A stretch of DNA of 64,000 nt from Gammaproteobacteria bacterium (GTDB lineage: Bacteria; Pseudomonadota; Gammaproteobacteria; Eutrophobiales; Eutrophobiaceae). The DNA lies in NCBI GenBank assembly GCA_965204045.1, contig CBDBDW010000002.1:1887284-1951283 (forward strand), given 5' to 3'. The position numbers and the translations under genes were made by a program. Position 1 is the stretch's first letter; each line of letters opens with the position of its first letter. Of the stretch, positions 18,936 through 27,841 are shown one piece after another. The notes beneath the pieces are model-generated. The model ran no database searches. It was not told the DNA's origin and worked only from the letters and a program-made list of their open reading frames with translations.

Positions 18936-19916
18936 TCAGACGCCGGGTTTCGGGATCTGCCCCAGGCTGCCCAGCAGGGTCACGAAGCGGGTCAGTTTTT
19001 CCTTTTGCCAGGCCTCCACGTCCATGTTGCGAAAATCATAATAACCCTGCCCCTCGCGCATGCCCTTGCGCCCGTCCTCCATCATCCTGGTCACTTCTTC
19101 CGGCGGGGCGTGGCGCGGGGAATCCAGCGCCTTTGACAGGTAATGGCCGGCGTAGTAGAGAATATCGACCCCGCCCCAGTCGATGAACTCCATCACCCCC
19201 AGGGTCGAATAACGCGGGCCAAAGCCGTGGGTGATGGCCTTGTCGATCTCTTCCGGCGTGGCCACACCTTCTTCCACCATGCGGCAGGCTTCCGCCATCA
19301 GCAGGGATTGCAGGCGCGGGATGATCATACCCGGTGATGCGGAACACCGGACCGGCACTTTGCCGATAGCCTCGAACAGGGCAATGACGTCTTTTACCAC
19401 ACTCTCCGCGGTATCGGGGGAGGGGCTGACCTCCACCAACGGGATAAGGTAGGCAGGGTTGAGAAAATGCGTGTTCAGGAAACGGTCCGGTCGCTTCACC
19501 CACTGCTGCAGTTCGGTCACCAGCATGGATGAGGTAGTCGAGGTCACGATGGTATCAGCGCGGACATGCTCCCCTACCAGTTCAAGTGCGTTCTGTTTCG
19601 CCTCCCGGGTCTCCGGAACTCCTTCAATGACGATATCGGCTGCGGCAAGCTCGCTGGCGGCGCTCGCAAGCGGCCTGACCTGAATGAGTTCGAGGACCTG
19701 TTTTACCTGGGTGCTGCTGATATGGCCGAGCCCGGACAGGAACATCAGGTTTGCTTCGACTTCGGCCTGGGCGGCATTGACCAGTTGGCTGAACCCTTTC
19801 CCGTCGCGTTCCTTCATGTCAAGCAGCGTTACCCGGTAGCCCGCATAGGCAAACATGTGGGCGATGCCTCTGCCCATGCGCCCGGCGCCGGCAGCAAGGA
19901 TACGACTGTTCTTCAT
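18936..19916 (-). CDS. 3-hydroxyacyl-CoA / 3-hydroxybutyryl-CoA dehydrogenase family
   Basis: Rossmann motif 'ILAAGAGRMGRGIA'. Start set at the ATG at 19916 (MKNSRIL...). Confidence 0.75.
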   Translation of the reverse strand: MKNSRILAAGAGRMGRGIAHMFAYAGYRVTLLDMKERDGKGFSQLVNAAQAEVEANLMFLSGLGHISSTQVKQVLELIQVRPLASAASELAAADIVIEGVPETREAKQNALELVGEHVRADTIVTSTTSSMLVTELQQWVKRPDRFLNTHFLNPAYLIPLVEVSPSPDTAESVVKDVIALFEAIGKVPVRCSASPGMIIPRLQSLLMAEACRMVEEGVATPEEIDKAITHGFGPRYSTLGVMEFIDWGGVDILYYAGHYLSKALDSPRHAPPEEVTRMMEDGRKGMREGQGYYDFRNMDVEAWQKEKLTRFVTLLGSLGQIPKPGV

Positions 19917-20013
19917 GGATTCCCCTGTCACTTGCAGATTCGCTCTATGCGTCACTCACCAACAAAAAAATCTGCGCTAATCTGCGTCATCTGCGGATAA
20001 ATCGTCCGTATCA

Positions 20014-21099
20014 TCAGCGGATACCCTCATACAGCAACTCAGCCAGGGCGTCACGGTCCAAATCGGCAAGGCCGAGGTTCCCCAGGGTTCGGCCCGTCTC
20101 CCGGAAATCCCGTCCCGTTATCGCCGAACCGAGAGCCAGCAGGCCGCGGGACACAGGCGTGTCCAGCCCATGATAATCGGCGCAGGAAACCAGCAGCGCC
20201 AGTCCCAGTTCCATGTCCTCGGTCATGTACCGGTGGCTTGTCAGGTCGATGTATTCGCGCCAGTCCGCGCTGTCGGTCAGTTTTTCATGGGCGGCATTGC
20301 CGTACATCCACTCATCGCCGCCCAGGCTGTAGTGGTCGGCCAGGGGGAAATGGGGCGGGGCGTAGCCGAATGCCTCGCGGATGGCGATCCTCTCCGCGTC
20401 CAGTACGTCCGTGACCCGGCGGATGGAAGGCTGTGTGCCTTCGTTGTGGATGTCCCACTCGTCGAAATGCTCCATGGGACCGGCGTTCATCATGATCAGC
20501 GGCGGATGGATAATAGGACCGGCATTCATCAAGGCGCCGCTCAAGGCATCCTCGATGCGTTCGATGACCGGGTATGCCTGTTCAAGCATGGGGAAGGCAT
20601 AATCAGAATTTTTCGCCGGGAAGACACCGGTGGGCAGGCGAGTGGCGTAGGCGCTGACGGCGACCAGATCGGCTGCGCGTTTCCTGGCCAGGTAAGGCAA
20701 GGTGCCGGTTTCGGCAAAGCTGACGTCTGCCTGGTTTCCTGCATCACGCATGGCTCCGGCAAAGATGTAGCTGCCGAAAGTGCCTGGCGGGAGATAAACG
20801 ACCTGGCCGTCGCTTAAATGGGGCGCCATCTCTTTTGCCAGGGATTCATGAGTCAGCGCCGGCAAGGGGTTCACTATCAAGTCCACCCCGCCGACAGCAT
20901 CAGCGAGATCGGTAGTCACGCGGTGTATCTTCACCTCCCGTCCCCCGTTGCTGTCCAGGATGTTGACGGACCCGGAGCGCAAAACCGGTTCGAAGGCCTC
21001 CCTGTTACGGCGCCAGAAACGCACCTGATGGCCTTGTTCGGTGAGAGTTGCAGCAGCGGCATAGGAGCCGTGTCCGCCGCCGAGAACGGCTAATTCCAT
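20014..21099 (-). CDS. NAD(P)-dependent octopine/nopaline dehydrogenase family protein
   Basis: 'MELAVLGGGHGSYAAAA' Rossmann N-terminus. The ATG at 21099 is preceded by GGAGAA. Confidence 0.65.
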   Translation of the reverse strand: MELAVLGGGHGSYAAAATLTEQGHQVRFWRRNREAFEPVLRSGSVNILDSNGGREVKIHRVTTDLADAVGGVDLIVNPLPALTHESLAKEMAPHLSDGQVVYLPPGTFGSYIFAGAMRDAGNQADVSFAETGTLPYLARKRAADLVAVSAYATRLPTGVFPAKNSDYAFPMLEQAYPVIERIEDALSGALMNAGPIIHPPLIMMNAGPMEHFDEWDIHNEGTQPSIRRVTDVLDAERIAIREAFGYAPPHFPLADHYSLGGDEWMYGNAAHEKLTDSADWREYIDLTSHRYMTEDMELGLALLVSCADYHGLDTPVSRGLLALGSAITGRDFRETGRTLGNLGLADLDRDALAELLYEGIR

Positions 21100-21129
21100 C
21101 AATATTCTCCTGTCAATTATTACGGAAAT

Positions 21130-21345
21130 GTAACTACTCACCCCCACTCGTCCTTCCTGCACTTCTCCTCGTTCGTCATTCCCGCGCGCCCCCCGTCATT
21201 CCCGCGCAGGCGGGAATCCAGTGAAAAAAACGTCCCGAAGGGACACGTTATAAGGTGTCGCAAGCGACCCGTTTAACAGACTGGATTCCGGCCTTCGCCG
21301 GAATGACGAAGGGAGCGCGGGACGAACAGGGGGGTGAGTAGTTAC
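21130..21345. mobile_element. 216-bp MITE with IS66-type terminal inverted repeats (GTAACTACTCACCCCC)
   Basis: Perfect 16-nt TIRs flanked by the 8-bp direct repeat ACGGAAAT (21122-21129 and 21346-21353). The interior is built of family-D hairpins. It is the exact reverse complement of 27478-27693. Confidence 0.9.
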
Positions 21346-21352
21346 ACGGAAA

Positions 21353-21805
21353 TTAATATTCAATACGGGCTGCCTTTTCCATCAGTCTGTCAATCATATC
21401 GTTAAAGGTTTCAAGTTCTCCGGCGCTTAAATCGGATAACAGTTTCGCTTCGTAATCCCTGGCAATGGGCATCACTTCATCATAGACGGACAGGCCGGTC
21501 TCGGAAAGCCTCAATATTGAACGGCGCCGGTCTTTTTCATCAATGTCCCGGTTGACGAGATGGCGTTTCAGCAGTCGAGCCACGGCGCGGGAAACCACGG
21601 ATTTTTCGATTTTTGTGCGGCGGCAGACCTCGTCCGCAGATATGTCAGGGTATTCCGCCAGGATCATCATGATACGCCACTCCGGCATGGAAATGGCGAA
21701 CTTGTCACCGTACACGGCGGCAATGGCGCCACTGATTGCATTTGACAGCAGGGACAAGCGGTAAGGGAGAAACGCTCCCAGTTTCAGGGCTTTACGGTGT
21801 TGCAT
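21353..21805 (-). CDS. MarR family transcriptional regulator
   Basis: 150 aa with a MarR winged-helix pattern ('MPEWRIMMILAEYPDISADEVCRRTKIEKSVVSRAV..L'). Divergent from hppD. Confidence 0.85.
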   Translation of the reverse strand: MQHRKALKLGAFLPYRLSLLSNAISGAIAAVYGDKFAISMPEWRIMMILAEYPDISADEVCRRTKIEKSVVSRAVARLLKRHLVNRDIDEKDRRRSILRLSETGLSVYDEVMPIARDYEAKLLSDLSAGELETFNDMIDRLMEKAARIEY

Positions 21806-21831
21806 GATAAAGAACTATAGGGTCAATGTCT

Positions 21832-21898
21832 GGGGTCAGAGTAAAATCGTCTCTGACCCTGCCATTGGCAATATTCTACAGGATTTTACTCTGACCCC
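21832..21898. repeat. Family-A palindromic repeat pair
   Basis: GGGGTCAGAGTAAAAT ... GATTTTACTCTGACCCC in the marR/hppD divergent intergenic region. Confidence 0.9.
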
Positions 21899-21987
21899 AG
21901 GGATCGCACAATCCTGGTTGACAAAAGTTGTTTGTGCAACTAATATTAGTTGTAAATGCAACTATTTATCAGGATGAGGTTGACCGC

Positions 21988-23094
21988 ATGACAGACATCC
22001 ACAACCCGATGGGCACCGACGGTTTCGAGTTCATCGAATACACTGCACCCGACCCGGAATTGCTGCGTGACCTGTTTGAAAAGATGGGTTTCCCGGCAAC
22101 GGCGAAACATCGCAGCAAGAACGTGAGCTTGCATTCCCGGGACGATATCAATTTCATCATCAACGCCGAGCCGGACAGTTTCGCCCAGCAGTTTGCGGAA
22201 CAGCACGGGCCGTCCATCTGCGCGGTCGCCTTCCGTGTGAAGGACGCGGCCAGGACCTACGCCCGGGCGCTTGATCTCGGCGCGCATGGGGTGGAGGCCA
22301 GACCCGGACCCATGGAATTGAATATACCCGCCATAGAAGGAATTGGCGGCAGCCGCGTGTACCTGGTTGACCGCTACCAGGACAGGACCATCTACGACGT
22401 GGATTTCATTCCTCTTGAACTCCAGGGGACGGACCCCCGCTTACGACGTGCGGGGGCATGCTTTAAATCCGTCCCCGGACACACCGGTTTAACCTGCGTG
22501 GATCACCTTACCCACAACGTCCGGCGCGGCAATATGGACAGGTGGGCCGGGTTCTACGAGACACTGTTCAACTTTCGCGAGTTGAAGTACTTCGATATCG
22601 AAGGGAAGCTGACCGGCCTGAAAAGTCGCGCCATGACCAGTCCCTGCGGCAAAATTCGTATTCCAATCAACGAGTCCGCGGACGATAAATCACAGATAGA
22701 GGAATACCTGAGCGAGTATCGCGGCGAGGGCATACAGCATGTCGCCCTGGCCACGGATGACATCCATGCCAGTGTGGATGCGCTACGCCGTCACGGCGTC
22801 GTATTCCAGGATACGCCTGACAGCTACTATGCAGGGGTAGACCGGCGCTTGCCCGGTCATGGGGAAGACCTGGCAGCGCTTCAACAGCGCCGCATATTGA
22901 TTGACGGCGCCCCCACGGAAGGCCATGGCATACTGCTGCAGATCTTCACCGGGAACGTGATCGGCCCGATCTTCTTCGAGATTATCCAGCGCAAAGGCAA
23001 CGACGGCTTTGGCGAGGGCAATTTTCAGGCCTTGTTTGAATCCATTGAACTGGACCAGGTCCGGCGCGGCGTCCTGACGCAGGAATTACCGTAG
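21988..23094 (+). CDS. hppD: 4-hydroxyphenylpyruvate dioxygenase
   Basis: 'NPMGTDGFEFIEYTAPDP', 'VDHLTHNV' and 'FFEIIQRKGNDGFGEGNFQALFESIELDQVRRGVL'. ATG at 21988 with a GGATGAGG RBS. Contains a 17-codon insert derived from a family-B repeat. Confidence 0.9.
   Translation: MTDIHNPMGTDGFEFIEYTAPDPELLRDLFEKMGFPATAKHRSKNVSLHSRDDINFIINAEPDSFAQQFAEQHGPSICAVAFRVKDAARTYARALDLGAHGVEARPGPMELNIPAIEGIGGSRVYLVDRYQDRTIYDVDFIPLELQGTDPRLRRAGACFKSVPGHTGLTCVDHLTHNVRRGNMDRWAGFYETLFNFRELKYFDIEGKLTGLKSRAMTSPCGKIRIPINESADDKSQIEEYLSEYRGEGIQHVALATDDIHASVDALRRHGVVFQDTPDSYYAGVDRRLPGHGEDLAALQQRRILIDGAPTEGHGILLQIFTGNVIGPIFFEIIQRKGNDGFGEGNFQALFESIELDQVRRGVLTQELP
22425..22476 (+). repeat. Family-B long element inside the hppD coding sequence (in-frame)
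   Basis: GGGGACGGACCCCCGCTTACGACGTGCGGGGGCATGCTTTAAATCCGTCCCC. Positions 22426-22476 are 17 sense codons (GTDPRLRRAGACFKSVP). Confidence 0.85.
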
Positions 23095-23096
23095 CA

Positions 23097-23147
23097 GGGG
23101 ACGGACCCCGGCTTACAGCATGCCGGGGCAGGCTTAAATCCGTCCCC
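23097..23147 (+). repeat. Family-B long element
   Basis: GGGGACGGACCCCGGCTTACAGCATGCCGGGGCAGGCTTAAATCCGTCCCC immediately after the hppD stop. It shows compensatory changes in the inner stem relative to the other copies. Confidence 0.85.
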
Positions 23148-23153
23148 GGAGAA

Positions 23154-24143
23154 TTAACGTCTGCCGATGCCGCCTTTCGTTACGGAGGGCAATTCCCCGA
23201 AAAGCTGGTGGTAGTCCCGGGCAAAGCGGCCCAGGTGCCAGATGCCCCATTTTGCCGCGATGTCGCCCAGGGTGCCGGGTTCCCTCGACATGATTTCCCT
23301 CCGGATATTATTGAGACGCAGGGCCCTGATGTACCTGGCGGGGCTCATCTTGATGTTCTCATTGAATACGTATTCCAGCGTGCGCCGTGACGTCGTCAAC
23401 TCCTCACACAGTTTCCCGACGGTCAATTCCTCACAGATGTTGTCCTTGATGATGTCGAGAGCATCATGAAACAGGCGGTGGTGCCTGGTTATCGTGGTGA
23501 TGCCGGATTTAGTCCTGCTCTGATCCTTCCTTGTGATAAACACCGAACATATCGTTTCTACCAGGGCATTTTTCAGCGCCGCCAACTGGTTCGCGCTTTC
23601 CAGTGAAAGATGTGCCTTATCCGCCCCGGAATGGAAATCTTCCAGTATTGAAACCAGTGGCCGGGTTTCTTTTTCGTTCTGGATGAGCATATATGGAAGA
23701 TAATCCGGGCTGAACAGGTCCAACTCCCGGTACTGGTGTTGAAGTGCCCGCTTCAGCAAATCGCAGGAAACATGGACGATACAGATTTTCATGTCCGGGG
23801 ACGAGATGCCCTCCATCTCCGAACCGGGAGGTAAAATAAACGCCGCGCCTTTCGGGAAAGGTTCACAGTTCAACACCAGCGTCCTGTCGGTATTCATCAG
23901 CAGGCCGATTGCGTAGTAATCACGCGGGACCATGGCATTTTGATACAGCACCTGGTTGGTCTTCTCAAAGAACAGGCTTAGTTCCGGATCCACATCACAG
24001 GTGGTAAAAGTGCCGCGAAAAGAGCCCCTGCTGATCTGCTGGTAGGATTGATCGTAACCGGTCAGCCGCGCCGCCTGTTCATCGATGTCCCGGTGATGAA
24101 GTTTCCTGATCAGGGGGTTTTTTGCGCAAATCGGATAATCCAT
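23154..24143 (-). CDS. AraC family transcriptional regulator
   Basis: 329 aa. C-terminal AraC HTH '...LTVGKLCEELTTSRRTLEYVF...IAAKWGIWHLGRFARDYHQLFGELPS'. Confidence 0.85.
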   Translation of the reverse strand: MDYPICAKNPLIRKLHHRDIDEQAARLTGYDQSYQQISRGSFRGTFTTCDVDPELSLFFEKTNQVLYQNAMVPRDYYAIGLLMNTDRTLVLNCEPFPKGAAFILPPGSEMEGISSPDMKICIVHVSCDLLKRALQHQYRELDLFSPDYLPYMLIQNEKETRPLVSILEDFHSGADKAHLSLESANQLAALKNALVETICSVFITRKDQSRTKSGITTITRHHRLFHDALDIIKDNICEELTVGKLCEELTTSRRTLEYVFNENIKMSPARYIRALRLNNIRREIMSREPGTLGDIAAKWGIWHLGRFARDYHQLFGELPSVTKGGIGRR

Positions 24144-24271
24144 CGCACGTATTCACCAAATCTGTTTGAAAAATACGACTTTCTTGCGCATTGGGGATAA
24201 CACTCCCTTAATTCAAGCAGTAATACTGTTACTTGTCAAATCATCCGACTGCATCTGTTACGGAGGTAGTA

Positions 24272-26581
24272 ATGATTAAAAAGAATATTATCACCCACGT
24301 TCGGCATGGGTGTTTGTTTCTGCTGTTCGCGGTAGCGGCGACGGCAGGCCGGGCCCAGGTCATCGAGGAGATCATCGTCACCGCGACCAAGCGCGAGACC
24401 AGCCTGCAGGATACGCCCATGTCCATCACGGCCCTGGGCGAGTTCGAACTGCAGCGTATCGGCGCCGAGGGCATATTCGACTACGGTGTCAAGATACCCA
24501 ACCTGGGTTTCAGCAACGAGGCCGACGGCCGCTTCAATTCGGGCTCTCCCGCAATCCGTGGCGTGGCCGGTGGTGGCGTGGTCGGCGCGACGGGCTTTTA
24601 CATCGACGATATCCCGGTGCCGGAATACATGAACCCGCGGGTCTCGGATATTTCCCGGGTAGAGGTGTTACGCGGCCCGCAAGGCACCCTCTACGGGGCG
24701 CGCTCCATGGGCGGGACGGTGCGCGTCATTACGAAGCAGGCGGACGCCGACGAGTTCGACGGCTATTTCGGGGCATCAATATCGGACGTCAAGGAGGGAG
24801 ACATCAACTGGCGGGTGGATGGCAGCGTGAACGCGCCGATCGTGGAAGGCGTGCTGGGCGCCCGTGCGTTGTTTTACTACGCGCAGAATTCCGGCGTGTT
24901 TGACCGGGTGCATATTGCCGGTTCCAACCGGCCCGCGTTCAATACGGTGAATAACATTGATGACGATGAGTATTACGGCGGCGCCATCTCTTTCGTCTGG
25001 AATGCTGCGGACAACATCAGTATCAGGCCCCGGTTCATGTACCAGCGCACGGATTCGGATAACCTGCCTCTTGCCGACCTCTCCCCGGGCAATTTTGACG
25101 TGCCCCGGCATAACAACATCGAGGAACCCGGCGAGGAGGAATGGTGGCTGGCCAGCGTGACCGTGAATATCGATACCGGATTTGGCGAGATCGTCTCCAC
25201 CACGGCGGGGTTCGACCGGAAGATCGAGGAGTACGAGGACCAGACCGGCACGCTGGACGGCCTGATATTCGCGGCCAGCGGGTTGCCCGAGCCCCACATA
25301 CCGAGTTTTGTCTATGAAGAAGAGGAAGACACCTCGTTCGTGCATGAAACCCGCCTGATTGCCGATTTCGGCGACCTGCCGTTTGACGGCGTGGCCATGA
25401 CGCTGGGCGTGTTCTACGAGGACAGGGAACATATCCTCAATTATCCGCCGTCGTTTGCGCCCGGCATCAATGCGCAATTCACCGGCATACTGAATTCGAT
25501 ATTGACCGGCATTGTTCCCGGGTTCCCGGTGCCGGTGCCGCCCGGCCTGCTCGGGTCCGACATGGTGTTTCATACTTACGACGACAAGGATACCGAGGAA
25601 ATTGCGGTATTCGGCGAGTTGACGCTGAGGTTGAGCGACAGCCTGAGGTTGACCGCGGGTGCGCGCTGGTCGGAGACCACCATCGACTTCAGCGCCGATC
25701 GCGGGGGCTTTGTTAACGGCGGTCCGGCGATTGTCATGCCTCCCAGGCGCAGCAGTTCCAGGGTTGTGCCCAAGGTCCTGATGGAACTGGATGTGACCGA
25801 GGATTTGCTGATATACGGGTCCGCTTCCAAGGGTTTTCGCGAAGGTGGCGTAAATATGCCCGTACCCGTGGCCTTTTGCGCCGCTGAACTTGCAGACCTG
25901 GGTATTACCAACGAAGACGTAGCGACCTTCGAGTCCGACTCGCTGTGGAATTATGAGCTCGGCATGAAGTCATCGTTGTTTGATGACCGGGTTAACCTGA
26001 ACGTTGCCGCCTTCAATATCAACTGGGACGATACCCTGCAAACGAACCGCCTGGCTTGCGGCTTCCAGTACGTGGCCAATTCAGGTTCTGCGAAGAACAA
26101 GGGAGTAGAAGTCGAACTGCAGGCTGCGCCGGTGGAAGGTTTGAATGTTTCCCTGGGCTTTGGTTATACCGATGCCAAGATAACGAAAGGTGACGACCTG
26201 ATAGGCACAGTTAAGGGAGATCGTATTCTGCAGGTGCCTGAAGTAACCTTTAACGCGGCCGCCGAATACAGTTTCCCCCTGGTTGCCGGCTGGGAGGGTT
26301 ATGTCCGTGGTGATTATTCTTACTACGACGACAGCCTCAGCGCCAACAACGTCAGCGGTGCCATACCGCCACGGGTGAGGGATTCATTCGAGTTGCTGAA
26401 TTTTCGTATCGGCGCCTACCAGGCAGGTAGCTGGGACGTCGCCCTGTTCATGAAAAACGCGACCAACGACCACGCCAACCTGTCCGATAATCGCTCCATT
26501 GCTGCGGAGAAGCCCGGACGGCCGCGCATCGTCACGAACCGTCCGCGCAGTTTCGGCCTCGAAGTCCGCAAGGACTTCTGA
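24272..26581 (+). CDS. TonB-dependent receptor
   Basis: 'IIVTATKRETSLQDTPMSITAL', 'VLRGPQGTLYGARSMGG' and the end '...EVRKDF'. ATG at 24272 after GGAGG. Confidence 0.9.
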   Translation: MIKKNIITHVRHGCLFLLFAVAATAGRAQVIEEIIVTATKRETSLQDTPMSITALGEFELQRIGAEGIFDYGVKIPNLGFSNEADGRFNSGSPAIRGVAGGGVVGATGFYIDDIPVPEYMNPRVSDISRVEVLRGPQGTLYGARSMGGTVRVITKQADADEFDGYFGASISDVKEGDINWRVDGSVNAPIVEGVLGARALFYYAQNSGVFDRVHIAGSNRPAFNTVNNIDDDEYYGGAISFVWNAADNISIRPRFMYQRTDSDNLPLADLSPGNFDVPRHNNIEEPGEEEWWLASVTVNIDTGFGEIVSTTAGFDRKIEEYEDQTGTLDGLIFAASGLPEPHIPSFVYEEEEDTSFVHETRLIADFGDLPFDGVAMTLGVFYEDREHILNYPPSFAPGINAQFTGILNSILTGIVPGFPVPVPPGLLGSDMVFHTYDDKDTEEIAVFGELTLRLSDSLRLTAGARWSETTIDFSADRGGFVNGGPAIVMPPRRSSSRVVPKVLMELDVTEDLLIYGSASKGFREGGVNMPVPVAFCAAELADLGITNEDVATFESDSLWNYELGMKSSLFDDRVNLNVAAFNINWDDTLQTNRLACGFQYVANSGSAKNKGVEVELQAAPVEGLNVSLGFGYTDAKITKGDDLIGTVKGDRILQVPEVTFNAAAEYSFPLVAGWEGYVRGDYSYYDDSLSANNVSGAIPPRVRDSFELLNFRIGAYQAGSWDVALFMKNATNDHANLSDNRSIAAEKPGRPRIVTNRPRSFGLEVRKDF

Positions 26582-27384
26582 TGAAAAAGCGCCTCGTTCT
26601 ATCCGATGAATTAACGCTCGCTTACGTAGAATATGGCGCCGGCAAACCGGTCATTTTCATACCGGGCTGGACTTACACCACAAAAGTTTTCGAGAGAAAC
26701 CTGCCGGTCTTCGCCGAGCGTTACCGGGTCCTGGCCTATGACCCCCGCAGTCACGGTGAATCAAGTGTGACGCCTCACGGCAATAATTATGATCAGCATG
26801 GCAAAGACCTGCATGAATTCATCGCTCGTCTCGGGCTGGAGAATTGCATCATTGCCGGTTGGTCCATGGGCGTATCGGCCGCCTATTCCTGTTTTGAGAA
26901 GCACGGTACCGGTAACGTACGAGGTTTTATCAGCATTGACGAACCGCCGAAGATCAGGAAAGAAAACGGGTCTGACTGGGGGGAAGGAGATGAGCAGGAA
27001 CTGCAGGCCGGCCTGGGGATGCTCACGGAATACGGCCATCTGAAATTCTTTGAACACTACCTGCACCATTGTTACGTCAATACCCCCGACAGCAAGTTCG
27101 TACAGGAGATGGTGAGTGAAGCGGCCAAAACCCCGGAGGCTGTCGCCTGCGAGCTTATCAGGACCGGTTTTGACCTGGATTACCGGGAGATAGCTCGCAG
27201 AATAGATAAAGAGATACCGGTATTACAGGTTGTCCGCGAGGATTGGAAACAGGCCGCGGGGAAATGGATCGATGAGAATCAGCCGAATGCACGGACCAGG
27301 GTGATCCCCGCGCATCTTTCTTTCCATGAGTTTGCCGATGATTTCAACAGGCTGGCGCTTGATTTTTGCGACAGTTGCTGTTAA
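26581..27384 (+). CDS. Alpha/beta-fold hydrolase
   Basis: 267 aa with nucleophile elbow 'AGWSMGV'. The start overlaps the receptor stop (ATGA). Confidence 0.75.
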   Translation: MKKRLVLSDELTLAYVEYGAGKPVIFIPGWTYTTKVFERNLPVFAERYRVLAYDPRSHGESSVTPHGNNYDQHGKDLHEFIARLGLENCIIAGWSMGVSAAYSCFEKHGTGNVRGFISIDEPPKIRKENGSDWGEGDEQELQAGLGMLTEYGHLKFFEHYLHHCYVNTPDSKFVQEMVSEAAKTPEAVACELIRTGFDLDYREIARRIDKEIPVLQVVREDWKQAAGKWIDENQPNARTRVIPAHLSFHEFADDFNRLALDFCDSCC

Positions 27385-27477
27385 TCGGCGCGGGACGGAT
27401 GCATTCAGATTTAGTATAATCTTCGGCGGTATTCATTCATCCCGGTAACATACCGGACTTTTCCATTAAGGAGTAAT

Positions 27478-27693
27478 GTAACTACTCACCCCCCTGTTCG
27501 TCCCGCGCTCCCTTCGTCATTCCGGCGAAGGCCGGAATCCAGTCTGTTAAACGGGTCGCTTGCGACACCTTATAACGTGTCCCTTCGGGACGTTTTTTTC
27601 ACTGGATTCCCGCCTGCGCGGGAATGACGGGGGGCGCGCGGGAATGACGAACGAGGAGAAGTGCAGGAAGGACGAGTGGGGGTGAGTAGTTAC
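27478..27693. mobile_element. 216-bp MITE, second copy (inverted relative to 21130-21345)
   Basis: A base-by-base comparison shows the exact reverse complement of 21130-21345. The left flank is GGAGTAAT and the right flank is gccgtatc, so it has no target duplication of its own. Confidence 0.9.
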
Positions 27694-27704
27694 GCCGTAT
27701 CATA

Positions 27705-27802
27705 GTTCGTCATTCCTGCGAAGGCAGGAATCCAGTGAACAAACATTCCTTATAAGGAGTTTAATTGTCTACTGGATTCCTGCCTTCGCAGGAATGACGA
27801 AC
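27705..27802. repeat. Family-D REP-like inverted pair
   Basis: GTTCGTCATTCCTGCGAAGGCAGGAATCCAGTG ... ACTGGATTCCTGCCTTCGCAGGAATGACGAAC. Confidence 0.85.
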
Positions 27803-27841
27803 CTGGCGCGATTTACGACGTTACGTATAGAATGTTGGTAA

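Noticed and set aside
21130-27693. The two identical MITEs plus the 6.1 kb between them as a composite transposon
   Set aside because: Copy 1 carries its own perfect 8-bp duplication (ACGGAAAT) on both sides, so it inserted alone. The outer flanks of the pair (acggaaat and gccgtatc) do not match.
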